A stretch of 44,659 nucleotides of DNA, filler included, from Basidiobolus meristosporus CBS 931.73 (GCA_002104905.1; 3 parts of 3 records of this genome joined end to end with filler, not necessarily neighbours in it), one strand, 5' to 3'; positions 22,902 through 35,016 are shown, counted from the whole stretch's first letter. The notes: generated from the letters alone by a model not told the origin. Translations and numbers: made by a program.

Positions 22902-23250
22902 TGTTGAGAGAGTCTTGGAGATATGGGAAGTGATTGAGACAACAAGTAGATCATGTGGTTTTTACAGAACAATTTATTTAATGTAAAAGTATTGTTTGTA
23001 CTTTTACATGGTCTTGGAGTAACAAACACATGCAATAGGCCTAAGAAGGTCCCAAGAGTATGTGTGCAAAGTTTGGGACTATTGAGACAACATTGAGAAT
23101 TTTCATGCTTTGGGTATCTGCTATTTTGGTGAAAGTATTTTAAGTAAGTCCCAACAGGCAATTTGGTCAGTATTCACTAGGATTTGAAGGTAATGATCCA
23201 AGTGACTAAGTTAGGTGAATATTTAGGTGGAATTACCAATTTTCTCAACA
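22902..23250 (-). repeat. Copia 5' LTR (349 bp)
   Basis: TGTTG...CAACA; same length as 40616-40964. Confidence 0.85.
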
Positions 23251-23880
23251 GAATCACCCCTCTTTATTTTCTTACCCAATACTACCTTGGGTATTCCAGA
23301 TGTAGTTTGAATCAAACAAAATTACGGCATCCTGCTTACTAACCTCAGCATATGAACACACCTGCTGCAATTGACATACTTCTGTCACCTTAACTTTACG
23401 GCTTTTTAGTGTGATACTTGCATAATTGTCTTATACCTTCTATTACTGGTAACATACGCATTTTGCAAACATATGATTGGTTGCCACTACTTCTGCCCTG
23501 AATACCTCCTGCATATCTGTATAGAACTGTTTGGCATTTATTCAATATATTCCTTCTCCCTGCTGGATTCTAGTCTCCCTTATTGGTGTGCTCTGGCTCT
23601 TATTTATGCAAGTTCTGTATTGTTTGATGTAGCAATTGGCTTGTGACCAAGAGAAATCTGGCATACTGTGGTGCCGTTTTCCTAATAAAAATTAGTTGCT
23701 TGTTGCACCCAACCCAACTTTGCAATACTTAACAGATTACCCACACATTGGGACTGCTTAGCTTCTTAATACCATAGGCATAGGTGTCTCCATGTGTGCA
23801 TCTGTCCTTGGTTTTTCCAACCCTTCCTAGTTATCCTCCATGCACCAACTTATCATATTCATAACAGACCTGAAGGTAAT

Positions 23881-24613
23881 AGACTTGTTCCGTTGGATAG
23901 TGCCACATTGAGCCATGAGTGCCAAATGATGCCATAGTGTGCCAGAGAGGTCAAGTGAGCCTACACTTGGCCACAGAGTGTGAAACATAGCTCTGCATCT
24001 TCATGTAAAGCAGCCCCTGTGTTTCACCCATTGCGCAGGAGAAAATCCATTTTTTGACCTTTTTTGTGGATCAATGTAGCTCAGGATGTGTAAGAGCACA
24101 GGAGAGCTGAGGATATGCATCTGGTACTCAATACCCATGGCACTCTGAATCAAGCTCCAATAGCTTGTATCATGTCACAAAAATGAATGGCACTATCTTG
24201 GTCCACTGGTACTATCTGGCACTATATTTAAATATTAGCCCTAAAGTAAGATCTATACAAAGCACTTATAGTGCCAGATAGTACCAGTGGACCAAGATAG
24301 TGCCATTCATTTTTGTGACAAGATACAAGCTACAGGAGCTAGATTCAGAGTGCCATGGGTATTGAGTACCAGATGCATATCTTCAATCTGCTTGTGCTCT
24401 AACATATCCTGCACAACATTGATCCAAAAAAAAAGGTCAAAAAATGGATTTTCTCCAACACAATGGGTGAAACACAGGGGCTGCCTTGCATGAAGATGCG
24501 GAGCTATGTTTCACACCCTGTGGCCAGGTAAAGGCTCAATTGGCCTCTCTGGCACACTATGGCATCATTTGGCACTCATGGCTCAATGTGGCACTATCCA
24601 ACGGAACAAGTCT
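23881..24613. mobile_element. 733-bp foldback non-autonomous DNA element (about 346-bp TIRs, 40-bp spacer)
   Basis: AGACTTGTTCCGTTGGATAGTGCC...GGCACTATCCAACGGAACAAGTCT; arms 23881-24226 and 24267-24613; flanked by AAT/AAT; the empty site gaaggtaatattc is seen in CACTA copy 1 (about 6053-6065). Confidence 0.9.
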
Positions 24614-27128
24614 AATATTCTTGATGAGATTGGGATATGCTAGTACCTGCAACTTGGCTGGTCTTCCTATCTCCCCACATATCCACTTCATAGGAAATTC
24701 CCAAAAGGTCAAGCAAGGCCCAACATTCCCAACACACCAAGCAAGGTGCAGTAGAGAATGGATACAGTAGCAGTAGAGATCTACATGTTCAGCTTTAAGT
24801 TTAAAATATAGCCCCTTAAACCCATCAAAAACCTCTTACTCAAAAACGGTAGATGCATAAAGTTGGCAGTAGTGATCTGTTGCTGGATAAATATTCCTAC
24901 AATGTCCACATATAACTCCCAATGCTTCCAATGTGTGCTTAGTGGAAATGGCTTCAGATGGCCACTTGAATAAATACATATCCAGCGCATCCAGTCCTTG
25001 CTTTTGTATTGCAGCATATGTGTATGAATGTTGATTGGAGCCCATGAGAAGTACTTAAGATAGCAGATACTCTGTAATATCTTGCCAATTCTTTTAAATT
25101 TCCTGGTATCTCAAAGGGCTCATTTAGCTTGAAGTGCCCCATGTACAACTTGGTCATCAGTAAAGGTATATTGTTGAAAAGCAAAAGCATTGGTCCCAGT
25201 AGAAAGCTATTGTTCCAACAGATACCCTCTATCTCAAGTGTCTCTGGTTTTCATTCAATTCCATATTCTGACCTAAAGCTTATAGCATGCCAGCTTTGCT
25301 GCAACTGCATGCTGAGTTCTGTGTGTGCTCTCTGTGTGAAGATGATGTTGTTAGCGCTGGTGCTTGGGCAATAATAATGCAAGTCAGTTAAGGAGTAAAT
25401 CCCCTGGATCTCACACACTTGAGAGCAATGCTGGCCATTGTGCCCATAAAGGCTGGCTATCTTGCTGATAGCTGGGGTATCTCCAATGCAGATCATAACA
25501 TGAGCTTTGACATGACAGCCATTTATTGTTATCCTGCTGGAAAGCATACAGAATTCCTATAGTAATGGATACAGGTAGCTATCCAGGTTGAATGGTGATT
25601 TAGGCCCAGATATCAGTGAGACTGCCATCACATTTTGACTCTGATATTGTAGATAGGTGGCAGATTTGGGTTGATGAGAATCATTGGCCTGCAGGATTTG
25701 CTAATAGTGCACTTATTCAATGAGAATCCATCAAGTGACACAGTAAAGGCATGGTTGTACATGCCTTCAAAGTAGCCCTTGCTTCTTAGTGGTTTGTAGT
25801 GTTTGCCATCAATATATATTTGCGCTTGATTGATATTAAGTGCAGTACTTTATAGCTTCACAATATATGGTTGGACTGCATGAGCTTCTTTAGACAGGGT
25901 AGTACTGGAATATATCTGGAGTGTGAACCTTGTTTTCCTCCAATGGTGGTGGATTCCTGACAAGTTGGACACCATGCTATGGTGGCATTTACAGATGTGA
26001 GTGCAATACAACTGCTAATAAATGCTGGTATCAGGACAGTCCCTGGGTCATATATTGACAGCCACATGACAGATGTCCACTTGTACCATGTACATGGTGA
26101 GTTGCAACCCTGGATGATTTTGGCAAGAAGTAGTAATAAATCCTCAAAGCACACATTACTGATATTAGAAGAAACATGTCACTTCTCTAGCCACAACATC
26201 ACATCATGCGCCAGTAGGTGGATTACTGGGCTCACTTAACTCCATAAAGTATCCTTGGCATTTTTTTCCATGGGTATTGTCTTGTTGCATACTGGGATTT
26301 TGCCAGGTTCATGCAAAGTACTGTTGTTAGAGGAGATTGGCTCACAATACATCAGTGAGCCTGCTTCTTCAGCATCATCACTCTGCATGCCATATTCAGA
26401 AGGCTGGGTGAGCCTAATGGCATCACAAACTCACCTTACTCAGTTTGCACAAGGGGACAAGTACAAGAAGGTGTTGTTATAGAAATATCAAGTAGCCAGT
26501 AAGATATTATAGGTACAGGGTGACTGATGAATGATCAAAGTGACTTGTGTAGCAAAACACTGGCTATGATCCTGGTAATACTTCCTATGCTGTCTGCATG
26601 CTTTGTGGCTGAGAGGCATGCTACAATAGACACCTGGTCTTTGTTTTCTTCCCTCATAGTTTTGAATCAAAGTAGTCTAGTCCATAGGGTACGAAGTTTG
26701 ACACACAACAATGTAATGCTAATATATCATTTTTTTGACAATAGTTGTGTGTATTTACAACAGTCTTGTATTTGAGACATTGCACCTACATGAATGTAAG
26801 ATTCAACAATTACCTGCCATAGTAAGCATTATATATAAAGTTGTGGCACCACAAACACACAGATATGTAACACCATTTCCCCATTGGTTTGACTCACTTC
26901 CATATATATGCCATCCAAAAATAATGCAAAGTTGTCTGCTTCCCAATCAAACTGCACCACTGTCAGCAGCAGAAGAAGGGTTGGAAAACAGCTTGCTTTG
27001 ACATTCAGTGCAACATGCAGGGTTACTACCAAAAAAGACCCTGTGGACAGTGTGACAACTGAAGGTAATAATGCAGACTTCTCAGGCTCTTAATCAAGTA
27101 GGGCAATTGGGAATCTCTGCAGAGCTGC

Positions 27129-27935
27129 TGTGGTGGTGTAGAGTTACTCCTAGGAGAAGCTACTCAACTCAAGGTGTGTGAGGTGTCTGATTGGTACAAT
27201 AATCTCTGGATCTAGACAGCTGGTGTCTTTGTCAATATGCAACTATGGTAAAAGCTCCTGCCTCTATAGCTTCCTAGGTGCTCCAAGTATCTCCAAAGGC
27301 ATCTGTGAGTCCTGTGCCCTACCCTGAAATGCTCCTTAATGAGAGGTATGAGGTGTAATTGTTGAAGGTAGGCGCAGTGATCAACTGCTAATCCATGAGG
27401 GAGAAGAGCTACTGATAGAAGGGATGATTTACTAATGAGGGATTGACTTTCCTTTAATACTTTTCCAGATTGCCAAGTGATCACTAATGACAACATTCTA
27501 GAAGACTCCAGGCATAAGTGGAATTCTGGATGGCATCTCTATGAGCTAAAAATACTGCAAGAAGGACCTGGAAGGTTCTAAAAGGCACAGCACATCCAAA
27601 CAATCAGGGAGCAGTAGTCTGAAACCTGTGTAACATAGAGATACCATATATGGTATTGAAATAGTAGGGATGGTAACACAGTCTTAGGTCATGTGTCACA
27701 AGTACTGATGCAGTTCTTGCCTAATGTAGATACATATATTGATCACAAAGCTGAATAACATCTGGGATAACTAATGCTAATAACTAATTGGGGTAAGCTT
27801 CATACGGGGATAATATTAACAATATGGGCAAAGTAGAATGGGACTATACTGATAAGATAAAATATGGATAAGTGCATCCTAATAGCCATGTGGATAAACT
27901 TGTCTGTGGGAGGTATGTTTACCCACCGCACCACA
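27129..27935. mobile_element. Solo LTR (807 bp), same family as 6983-7751, opposite orientation
   Basis: TGTGGTG...CACCACA termini; absent from the equivalent site in copy 1 (about 15290); TSD not clean. Confidence 0.7.
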
Positions 27936-29939
27936 AGCTGACCATAATGCTGAGGCATATGTGAGTGTAGCAAAAGCAGCACCTTCAGTTGAAGACCAGC
28001 AAGTGGTCATCATAACATCATCACCACCCTTATTAGCCAGTATGCTGTCAGCTCATACAAAAGCATTAATGAAGCAATTAGGCAAAGTGGCTAATTGGAT
28101 AGATGCAATGACCCAGAAAAATCAGGGAATATTCCAGAAACAGGATGAGTGGATGAAAGGTGTAGAGCAATCAATATCTCATGTACAGAACGCAATATCT
28201 TTGCTGCAAAGGAGAAACACAAGTAGTTTAATGTCACAGCCAGGAACTGAGCCACCTACTAATGTAACAACAGAGGAACACTATACAGTCTCTGAAGCGC
28301 AACAACAGTGCCCAAAGATAAAGCCCACAAAAATGTCTATTGCAACATGGGAGGGAAAGACTGTGGTGTTTAAACTCAACCCTAAAATCAAAAGATATTG
28401 CAGATCCATGAAGCCATTGAGTGCAATGATGCAGAATTGGCTATTATTCAAGAGGCTGTTAGAAGTTTAGTATGCCAACACCTTAAAGTGGGCCTACCAT
28501 GGGACCATCAGGAACTCATGGCCAAAAGAATATCTCAAATAAAGCAGAAACTATCCAAGGGAGAAGAACAAGGGTGCAATGACCAATAACCAGTGGCTTC
28601 CTCAAGAGCCCATTACAAGCAGGGCTGAGAGGTCCAGATAAGCATCAAAAAGATATCAGGTAGCTGGAAGAGTGCCAATAATGACCAAGTAGGCAGACAC
28701 AGATGCACCATCACAGCACTTATCAAGGGAAAAGTGTAGCTCTACTTAGGAAGCACTCAGTCAAAGAAGCAGTGAAGGACCTAGCAGTGATAAACAGGCA
28801 GCTATCTCAGGAGCCTGTCATAGCATTTTCAATCTAAAAAGCACTCAGACAAAGAAGTAGTGAAAGACTTGGCAGTGATAAAGGAAAAGGTAAAGTGAAA
28901 AAAGTCTACCCAAGCCAGAGTCAGGGAAGTGCAAGAAAAAAGCAGCAGTTGTTGCTAATAAATGCCATAAGCCTGGCACAGACTGAATCCCATCATAACC
29001 AAGAAGGATTACAAACAAGAAAACAGCTGTTTCACCAGAGCTGAAAGTGCAGCCAGTTAAGCTATACTCTTGTGTGGTATATGAGTTTGCAGAGTAAGGC
29101 AATATGTCTACCACAGCCTCCTTGTCCTCCATTGTTGACAGAGTGGAGATCCCACCAACTAACAAGTTAGCAGTGTCAAATATGCAAAAGGTTGTGACAA
29201 TGACTTCAATGGAGTTTTGTAATATTTATAGGCACACCAACAGGTTGCAGCATTTTGTCTAGAGCAGTGCTCAAGAAAGTGCACTTGAATATTGCAAGAA
29301 TTTACTGCAAAAACTGGCAAATGAGGCTCTAGACCTTGCAGTGTTTACTGAAGACCAGGATGTATAGAAACCAGTGAATCAGCAGTGGCATAGACCTGTA
29401 GGGTTTCCGCCAAAGTCATGTAAACAGAATGTCACAGTCAAAACACTTATTGAGTGGTGGATTTTAATAGAGTTACTTGTTGAGTGTGGGGTTGGACTTA
29501 ATGTTAGTGTGGGGTATAGGGACTTGCATATGTCAATATAACTGGCAATTGAGGCCCAACTGAAGTTTTAAAGGAAATATATCAGTTTGTATGCATGAAA
29601 AGTAGGAGAAACAGATGAGTAAGGTAGTGAGGAGTGTAAAAAAGAGGCAATAACCAATCAATTCACACAAACATAAGAGGTGATAGAGTAACTGGACTAG
29701 AAAGTGAGAAAATTGGCAGAAAACCAATCAAAAGCCACTTTGATATTTCTGTGATGTAAGATTTTGACTAAGGTTTTTATGAAATCTTGGGTGCAATTAT
29801 TTTTTGACAGTATTTGCATAGTGTCCCAATGGGATCAATACCTCTTAGTCATGGAACTCAGAATTTGTGATAGCCTTTTGACAGGATCATCACAACAACA
29901 TTTCATAGCCTTGGCACCTGATGGATTCTGATTAGACAA

Positions 29940-31461
29940 GTACTCTACCAGCAAACCCTGTGCTATGATCTGCTGCCTGAATATTTAAGTTAGATCAGTT
30001 TTTAGTCAAATCAATCAGTTATATGTTTAGCTTATCAATATATCAGTATTATCTATCAAATCAGAAGTATTAGTCAGCAAATGAATCAGGCAATCCTTAT
30101 CAGACAGAAATAGATATATTAAGTAGGATCTTATTGGGTGATGATGATGCAATCAAACGGGTCATCAGCCACAGCCTATATTACAAGATATAATAAGTCA
30201 GCAATTGATCTGGCAAAATGTATATAAGAAGCTGCTGGAATCTCAATAAAAGTTAGTTCAGGTTTTAGCAAACACAATACTAGCTAAACTCCGTAATCCT
30301 CTACAACTCTTATACCAAGACTTGTAACATTAGTAGCAGCAATTACCACAGCAAGCCTCCCTTAAGATGTCCAAAAATCAAGAATGGAAGAATGCTATGC
30401 AACAAATCTTGGCGCAGCAGCAACAGTTACTCCAGATCCTTGGTCAGCAGCAACAAGGAATGACTACCATGGCCCAAAGCCAGCAAAACCCTGTCAATAA
30501 CAACTTTAGTGTGAAGGTCAACCAGTACCATGGTAGAGTCAATGAAAACCTGGGAACTTGGCTCTTCCAGATTGAAGAAGCTTTCAAGGCCAAGGGAATT
30601 GCTCCAGAAAGCAGGTTACCTTATGCAGCCTCTTACCTGGCAAATGCAGCTTTACAGTGGTATTACAACAAAATCAGGTCAGCCACCATGATGGGATGCT
30701 CTATAATCTCTACCTGGGATGAGCTTATGTTGGAAATCCAGGATGCCTTTGAGCCCCCACACCAACAGACACTACTAAGAAGAAAGTTCAAGACACCCAG
30801 AAAGAAAGGAATGGTCCAAGAGTACATCTATGAATATAGATGTCTACTTGGGCAAAGTGAAAGAATAGACCCTCTGGATCAGGTTGAATACTCTATTGAT
30901 GGGCTGAAAGAAAGAACTTGTAAGGAAGTGACATATCAAAGACTTCAGACTATTGAAGAAGCCATCAAGATTGCCATTGACTATGACTCAGCTATGTTTG
31001 GAGTTGGGAAGCCCACAATGACTAATCAGAGAGGCTACAATCATTATGAGAGGAGACAATCAGAAGCAGTGCCAATGGAAATAGACGCTGTGCAGAGGAA
31101 TCCTACCTCAGAAGAATGTAAGAAGAATGGACTTTGCTTCAATTGCCACCAGCAGGGACATATTGCAAAGTACTGCCCTCAGAGAAGAAATGGACACCAG
31201 CCATCAAGAGCCTTTAACCATATTGAGGCTCTGGAGCATAGCAACATGGAAGATGAACTTGAAGAAGACCCAGAACTCACCTTCCATATGACAGAAAAAT
31301 ACCTATCCCAGATGACCACAAACTCAGGAAAGCTATTATACCTTAATGGAGTAATCAATGGAGTACCTGCCAAGATCATGATTGACTCAGGAGCATTGCA
31401 TGAGTACATATCAGAGCAATTTGCTTTGAAATCTGGAATCAGCTTCAGACTCAATGGCTGA
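29940..31461 (+). mobile_element. Truncated Ty3/Gypsy (5' LTR ending 30329, PBS-like TTAGTAGCAGC, gag-PR start)
   Basis: LTR end TAACA, degenerate TGGTAGCAG-type PBS, then a gag ORF; LTR start uncertain. Confidence 0.75.
30367..31461 (+). CDS. Retrotransposon Gag with CCHC knuckle and truncated aspartic protease
   Basis: WLFQIEEAF...YAASYLANAALQWY (Retrotrans_gag-like), VPMEIDA, CFNCHQQGHIAKYC, MIDSGA. Confidence 0.88.
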   Translation: MSKNQEWKNAMQQILAQQQQLLQILGQQQQGMTTMAQSQQNPVNNNFSVKVNQYHGRVNENLGTWLFQIEEAFKAKGIAPESRLPYAASYLANAALQWYYNKIRSATMMGCSIISTWDELMLEIQDAFEPPHQQTLLRRKFKTPRKKGMVQEYIYEYRCLLGQSERIDPLDQVEYSIDGLKERTCKEVTYQRLQTIEEAIKIAIDYDSAMFGVGKPTMTNQRGYNHYERRQSEAVPMEIDAVQRNPTSEECKKNGLCFNCHQQGHIAKYCPQRRNGHQPSRAFNHIEALEHSNMEDELEEDPELTFHMTEKYLSQMTTNSGKLLYLNGVINGVPAKIMIDSGALHEYISEQFALKSGISFRLNG

Positions 31462-31504
31462 TGGGAACTCTCACATAATCAACCGTTTTGCTCAGCCAGT
31501 AAGG

Positions 31505-31890
31505 TGTACAAGTCTTGGTATAAGAGTTGTAGAGGAATTGGGAGTTTAGCTAGTATTGTATTTACTAAAACTTGAACTGATCTTTATTGAGGTTCCAGCA
31601 GCTCCTTGTATACATTTTGCCAGATTAATTGCTGACTAATTGTATTTCCTAATGTAGGTTGTGGCTGATGACTCATTTGATTGCATCATCATCACCCAAT
31701 AAGATCCTACTTAATATATCTATTTCTGTCCAATAAGGATCTGCTGATTCATTTGCTGACTAAAGCTACTGATTTCATAGATAATACTGATATACTGATA
31801 AGCTAAACATATGACTAACTGATTTTACTAAAAACTGCTCTGACTTAGACATTTAAGTGGCAGTTCATAAAAATTGGTTCAAGGGGAGGT
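31505..31890 (-). repeat. Inverted copy of the 29940-30329 LTR
   Basis: Reverse complement aligns across about 380 bp with scattered substitutions. Confidence 0.85.
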
Positions 31891-31959
31891 AGAGAAAGTA
31901 AACCCACTTGGTGAACTGGTACAGTAGCATTATACACAACTAGCTGTAGACTGCTGTAC

Positions 31960-32310
31960 TGCCAAAATAATGCTGGTGGTGGTTTACAAAGAGGCCATCA
32001 GAACACCATGAAGTTTTTTACCATGTAGGGCAAATAGGTGTATTGGCCAGCTAGGTCTGCATAAACAAATATGGAATGTATTAAGACTATTGGAATATTA
32101 TGCAGTTCTTATCAAAAGACTGCTAAAACACCGTCAAGTTCTGTACTTTATTTGGCAGTAAACTCAGCAAAATGCTGCTACAATTCCATCATACAGTAGT
32201 GTAGAGGGTCAATAATTATAAGCTGTTGGCATTTTGGTGGACTCCTAATGGGATCCTGATGGCTGATCTGGATTGGATTCACCTGCAGGACCAAGTTACT
32301 TTTCATAGGG
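31960..32310 (+). repeat. CACTA left-end fragment in reverse orientation, ending in TIR TTTTCATAGGG
   Basis: Reverse complement of about 4975-5320. Confidence 0.75.
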
Positions 32311-32429
32311 AGTTCTGAAGTGTTTTGATTGTTCTAGTCATCACCAAGTGTGACAATGCAAATACAGCTATACTGGAGTGTGGTGACTAGGTACTATTGA
32401 GGCTAGATGTCTAGTGCAGCTTATTTGAG

Positions 32430-33240
32430 CAAATGTGGTCACTCCTATTAAAGTTTTGCTTGATCTAAGTCAATGCCAATCTCAATTTTATCACTAGCAA
32501 ATAGCCAACGCTTCTGGATTAACAATGTTCTGGAGGTTTCATTCTCAAACACACTTTAGCATCACCTGTAAGGAGGTCCAGAACTACTCTACAAAAGAAA
32601 TTTTCATGCAACATCAGCCAAAAATGAAAATGAAAAAAAAACAATACCACTTATGTAAGCTAGGGTACTCTCTAATGAAGCCAGATCCTATGTGTGTAAT
32701 ATTTAGATTCATCATACAATGCAGATATGCTTCATGCAGTCTATTGTACAATGTTCTCAAGCCAGAATTTCAGCAGAGCTTTGAGACTTGAATATAATCT
32801 GTCAGATACTATATTTTATATTGCTTCAGATAATCCAATGCAGAGGTCTGGAAGTCTACTGAATATGGAGCTGAAAGAAAATGGTGCAAGAATCCATCAA
32901 ACGGTTTTTATAGATTTGAATATACCCAGAAGATCAGAGAGCCTTGCAAATCAAGCCCAAGGCTGAAAATAACTACCAGAAGAATAATGAGAATCAAAGC
33001 CCTTTTTGCAGTGCATTTTACTTTTGGAAAAGTGTTGATATCTGTTCTACAAGCATTTACTAAAGAAATAAAGGCAGCTATATTAGTCCAAATTGGTGGA
33101 AGTACCCCAAGAATAGCTACCAATCAATCTATAGTCTTGTCTGATATCAAGCTGAGTGAATCAAGAAGCAAATATGCTTTGAATCTATTGTTAGCAAAGT
33201 AATCAGTCCAAAGACATATTACTACTGCAGTAAGACACAA
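32430..33240 (+). repeat. Degenerate coding-like repeat, paralogue of about 37400-38215 (probably Copia gag region)
   Basis: Alignable over about 800 bp; the other copy lies downstream of a Copia LTR/PBS; no diagnostic motif recognised. Confidence 0.5.
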
Positions 33241-33299
33241 CAAGCCTATACAGATAAATAAGTAAGTGAAGTTCAAATTGCCACATATTATCAAACATC

Positions 33300-33768
33300 A
33301 GACTTGTTCTGCTGGATAGTGCCACATTGAGATATGAGTGCCAAATGATGCCATAGTGTGCCAGGGAGGCCAAGTGAGCCTATACTTGGCCACAGAATGT
33401 GAAACATAGCTCTGTCAACTTCATGCAAAGCTGCCCCAGTGTTTCACCCATTGTGTAGGAGAAAATCCATTTTTTGACCTTTTTTTTTAGGTCAATGTTG
33501 TGTGGGATGTGTAAGAGTACAAAAGGATTGAAGATATGCATCTGGTACTCCTTACCTATAGCGCTCTGAATTTAGCGCTATGGCTTTTAACTTGTCACAA
33601 AAATGCATGGCACTATTTTGGTCCACTGGTACTATCTGGCACTCTATTTAATTATTAGCCCTAAAGTAAAATCTATACAATGCACTTATAGTGCCAGATA
33701 GTACTAGTGGGCCAAGATAGTGCCATGCATTTTTCTAACATGTCACAAGCCACAGGAGCTAGATTCAG
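33300..33768. mobile_element. Foldback element copy 2 (left arm, spacer, part of right arm) running into the gap
   Basis: Starts AGACTTGTTCTGCTGGATAGTGCC; collinear with about 23881-24345. Confidence 0.85.
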
Positions 33769-33868
33769 NNNNNNNNNNNNNNNNNNNNNNNNNNNNNNNN
33801 NNNNNNNNNNNNTTAATTAATTAANNNNNNNNNNNNNNNNNNNNNNNNNNNNNNNNNNNNNNNNNNNN
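33769..33868. other. Scaffold gap with TTAATTAATTAA linker (33813-33824)
   Basis: 44 N + linker + 44 N. Confidence 0.97.
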
Positions 33869-33928
33869 CACAGCATCGATTAGTTACCCGTTGGACGAGT
33901 AAAATATATATATTCAATATCAACCGAA

Positions 33929-34001
33929 GGCCTCGTAGCTCAGTGGATAGAGCGTCCGCCTCCTAAGCGGAAGGTCCCAGGTTCGACCCCTGGCTTGGTT
34001 G
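33929..34001 (+). tRNA. tRNA-Arg(CCT), intronless, weak acceptor stem
   Basis: D stem GCTC/GAGC, anticodon stem TCCGC/GCGGA with CCT at 33962-33964, T stem CCAGG/CCTGG with TTCGA loop; A and B boxes; TTTT at 34008-34011. Confidence 0.85.
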
Positions 34002-34049
34002 TGTTTATTTTACGTAGGTAATTATACAGCGTTCAATATAAATCATTTT

Positions 34050-34950
34050 GGGAATGTTCTACAAGTAATCTCATGTTAGCAGCATGTATATCCATGTTGC
34101 GTTCATATGTAAGCCATATGCACTTACTGCACCTTGGGTCAAAGAACGAAGGTAAAATGCGTATAATCCTTGGTTACCAAAGGCGAGAAGAGTTCACTGT
34201 GCTCCAGTGGCCAAAAGGCAGGGGGATCTTATTAAATTTCACGCTAGAAACCTCCACTCAGGTTTGCACCACATATATATTCACTATACGCTTTAGTAGC
34301 ATACCTATGTGTCTTGAAGATCGGTAGGCTGTACAAGCATCAACCATATTGCAATAGCTATCCTTGTAATTCCTGAATAATGTGAGAAGTCCTTCGATGG
34401 GTAATCAGTCCGTATACTTACGTGTTGGTCTGGAACGCACGCAAATTCAGGACGTGAAACATGTGTATATTGGTAGTAGTTCCCTCTTCCTAGCCAAAAA
34501 CCCTCAGAATTCATGTGCTTCAAAGGGGGCAACAATTTTTTAGTGTAAGGATACGACCAATTTTGCTCCATTCAGCGATTTGCTTCTCATGTCAAAATTC
34601 GGCCACAACAGTATCATTGATGATTCAAACCCATGTCATATACGCAACCCTCCACATTGGTTTTATGGAATCAAAGAAGACTCGGAATCTACTAACCATT
34701 TAGGAACAACAGGGAAAGTGAAGTATCGTCAATTGTTTTGTAACATATTCAATACTCTATGCATGGAATCAAATGATATTTGGCCTACATCTACTCCACG
34801 AATAGAAACTCTGGATTGTTTTTTCAGGTCGTTTGGGCCAAAATTTGTTCGGAGTTTTTGACTTCTCTCGCTGCTTGTGCTCAAGGTTATTCTTCCCATT
34901 TTTCTACAAACAACATTCCTTTTAAAACTCACTCTCCATCAACATTTGTA
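34050..34950 (-). other. Possible small intron-containing host gene of unknown product
   Basis: Canonical fungal-type introns on the minus strand: 34127-34059 (GTAAGT...GCTAAC...TAG, 69 nt) and 34421-34373 (GTAAGT...CTCAC...CAG, 49 nt); CpG retained; no convincing full ORF assembled. Confidence 0.3.
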
Positions 34951-35016
34951 AGCTCTTCCGTCTTATTTAAAATACCCTTTCAACCTCATAAAGTAAAGTG
35001 CAGCGAGTAAATAGTC

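Larger units (their letters stand above)
21140..23250 (-). mobile_element. Degenerate Ty1/Copia, 5' part (5'LTR-PBS-gag-PR-IN)
   Basis: gag from ATG 22870: LNESNYQVWKVKMQMLL; KLLTTKMQPGEEM (UBN2-like); CYNYKRKGHTSDWC; protease WYVDSETS*HCT; VLYIPEIAKSLLSVSK; integrase homologous to 1700-2000. Confidence 0.88.
23251..29910 (-). mobile_element. Second, diverged CACTA copy; left end cut by the Copia, right TIR degenerate
   Basis: Collinear with 5430-17400 once inserts are removed; GDTPAISK...GHNGQHCSQVC motif; right end ...ggatcatcacaacaacatttcatag(cc). Confidence 0.85.

Noticed and set aside
23251-23270. PPT-like AGAGGGGTG next to the Copia LTR (tandem element)
   Set aside because: The sequence aligns with CACTA copy 1 at about 5430, so it is target DNA
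23880-24614. Academ assignment from apparent TAG...CTA termini
   Set aside because: The copy at 33300 has CAGAC, so the T is flank; TAG termini would leave only a 1-bp duplication against the empty site
30367-31461. Domesticated gag gene
   Set aside because: Still preceded by LTR and PBS, truncated inside the protease and CpG-depleted like the repeats
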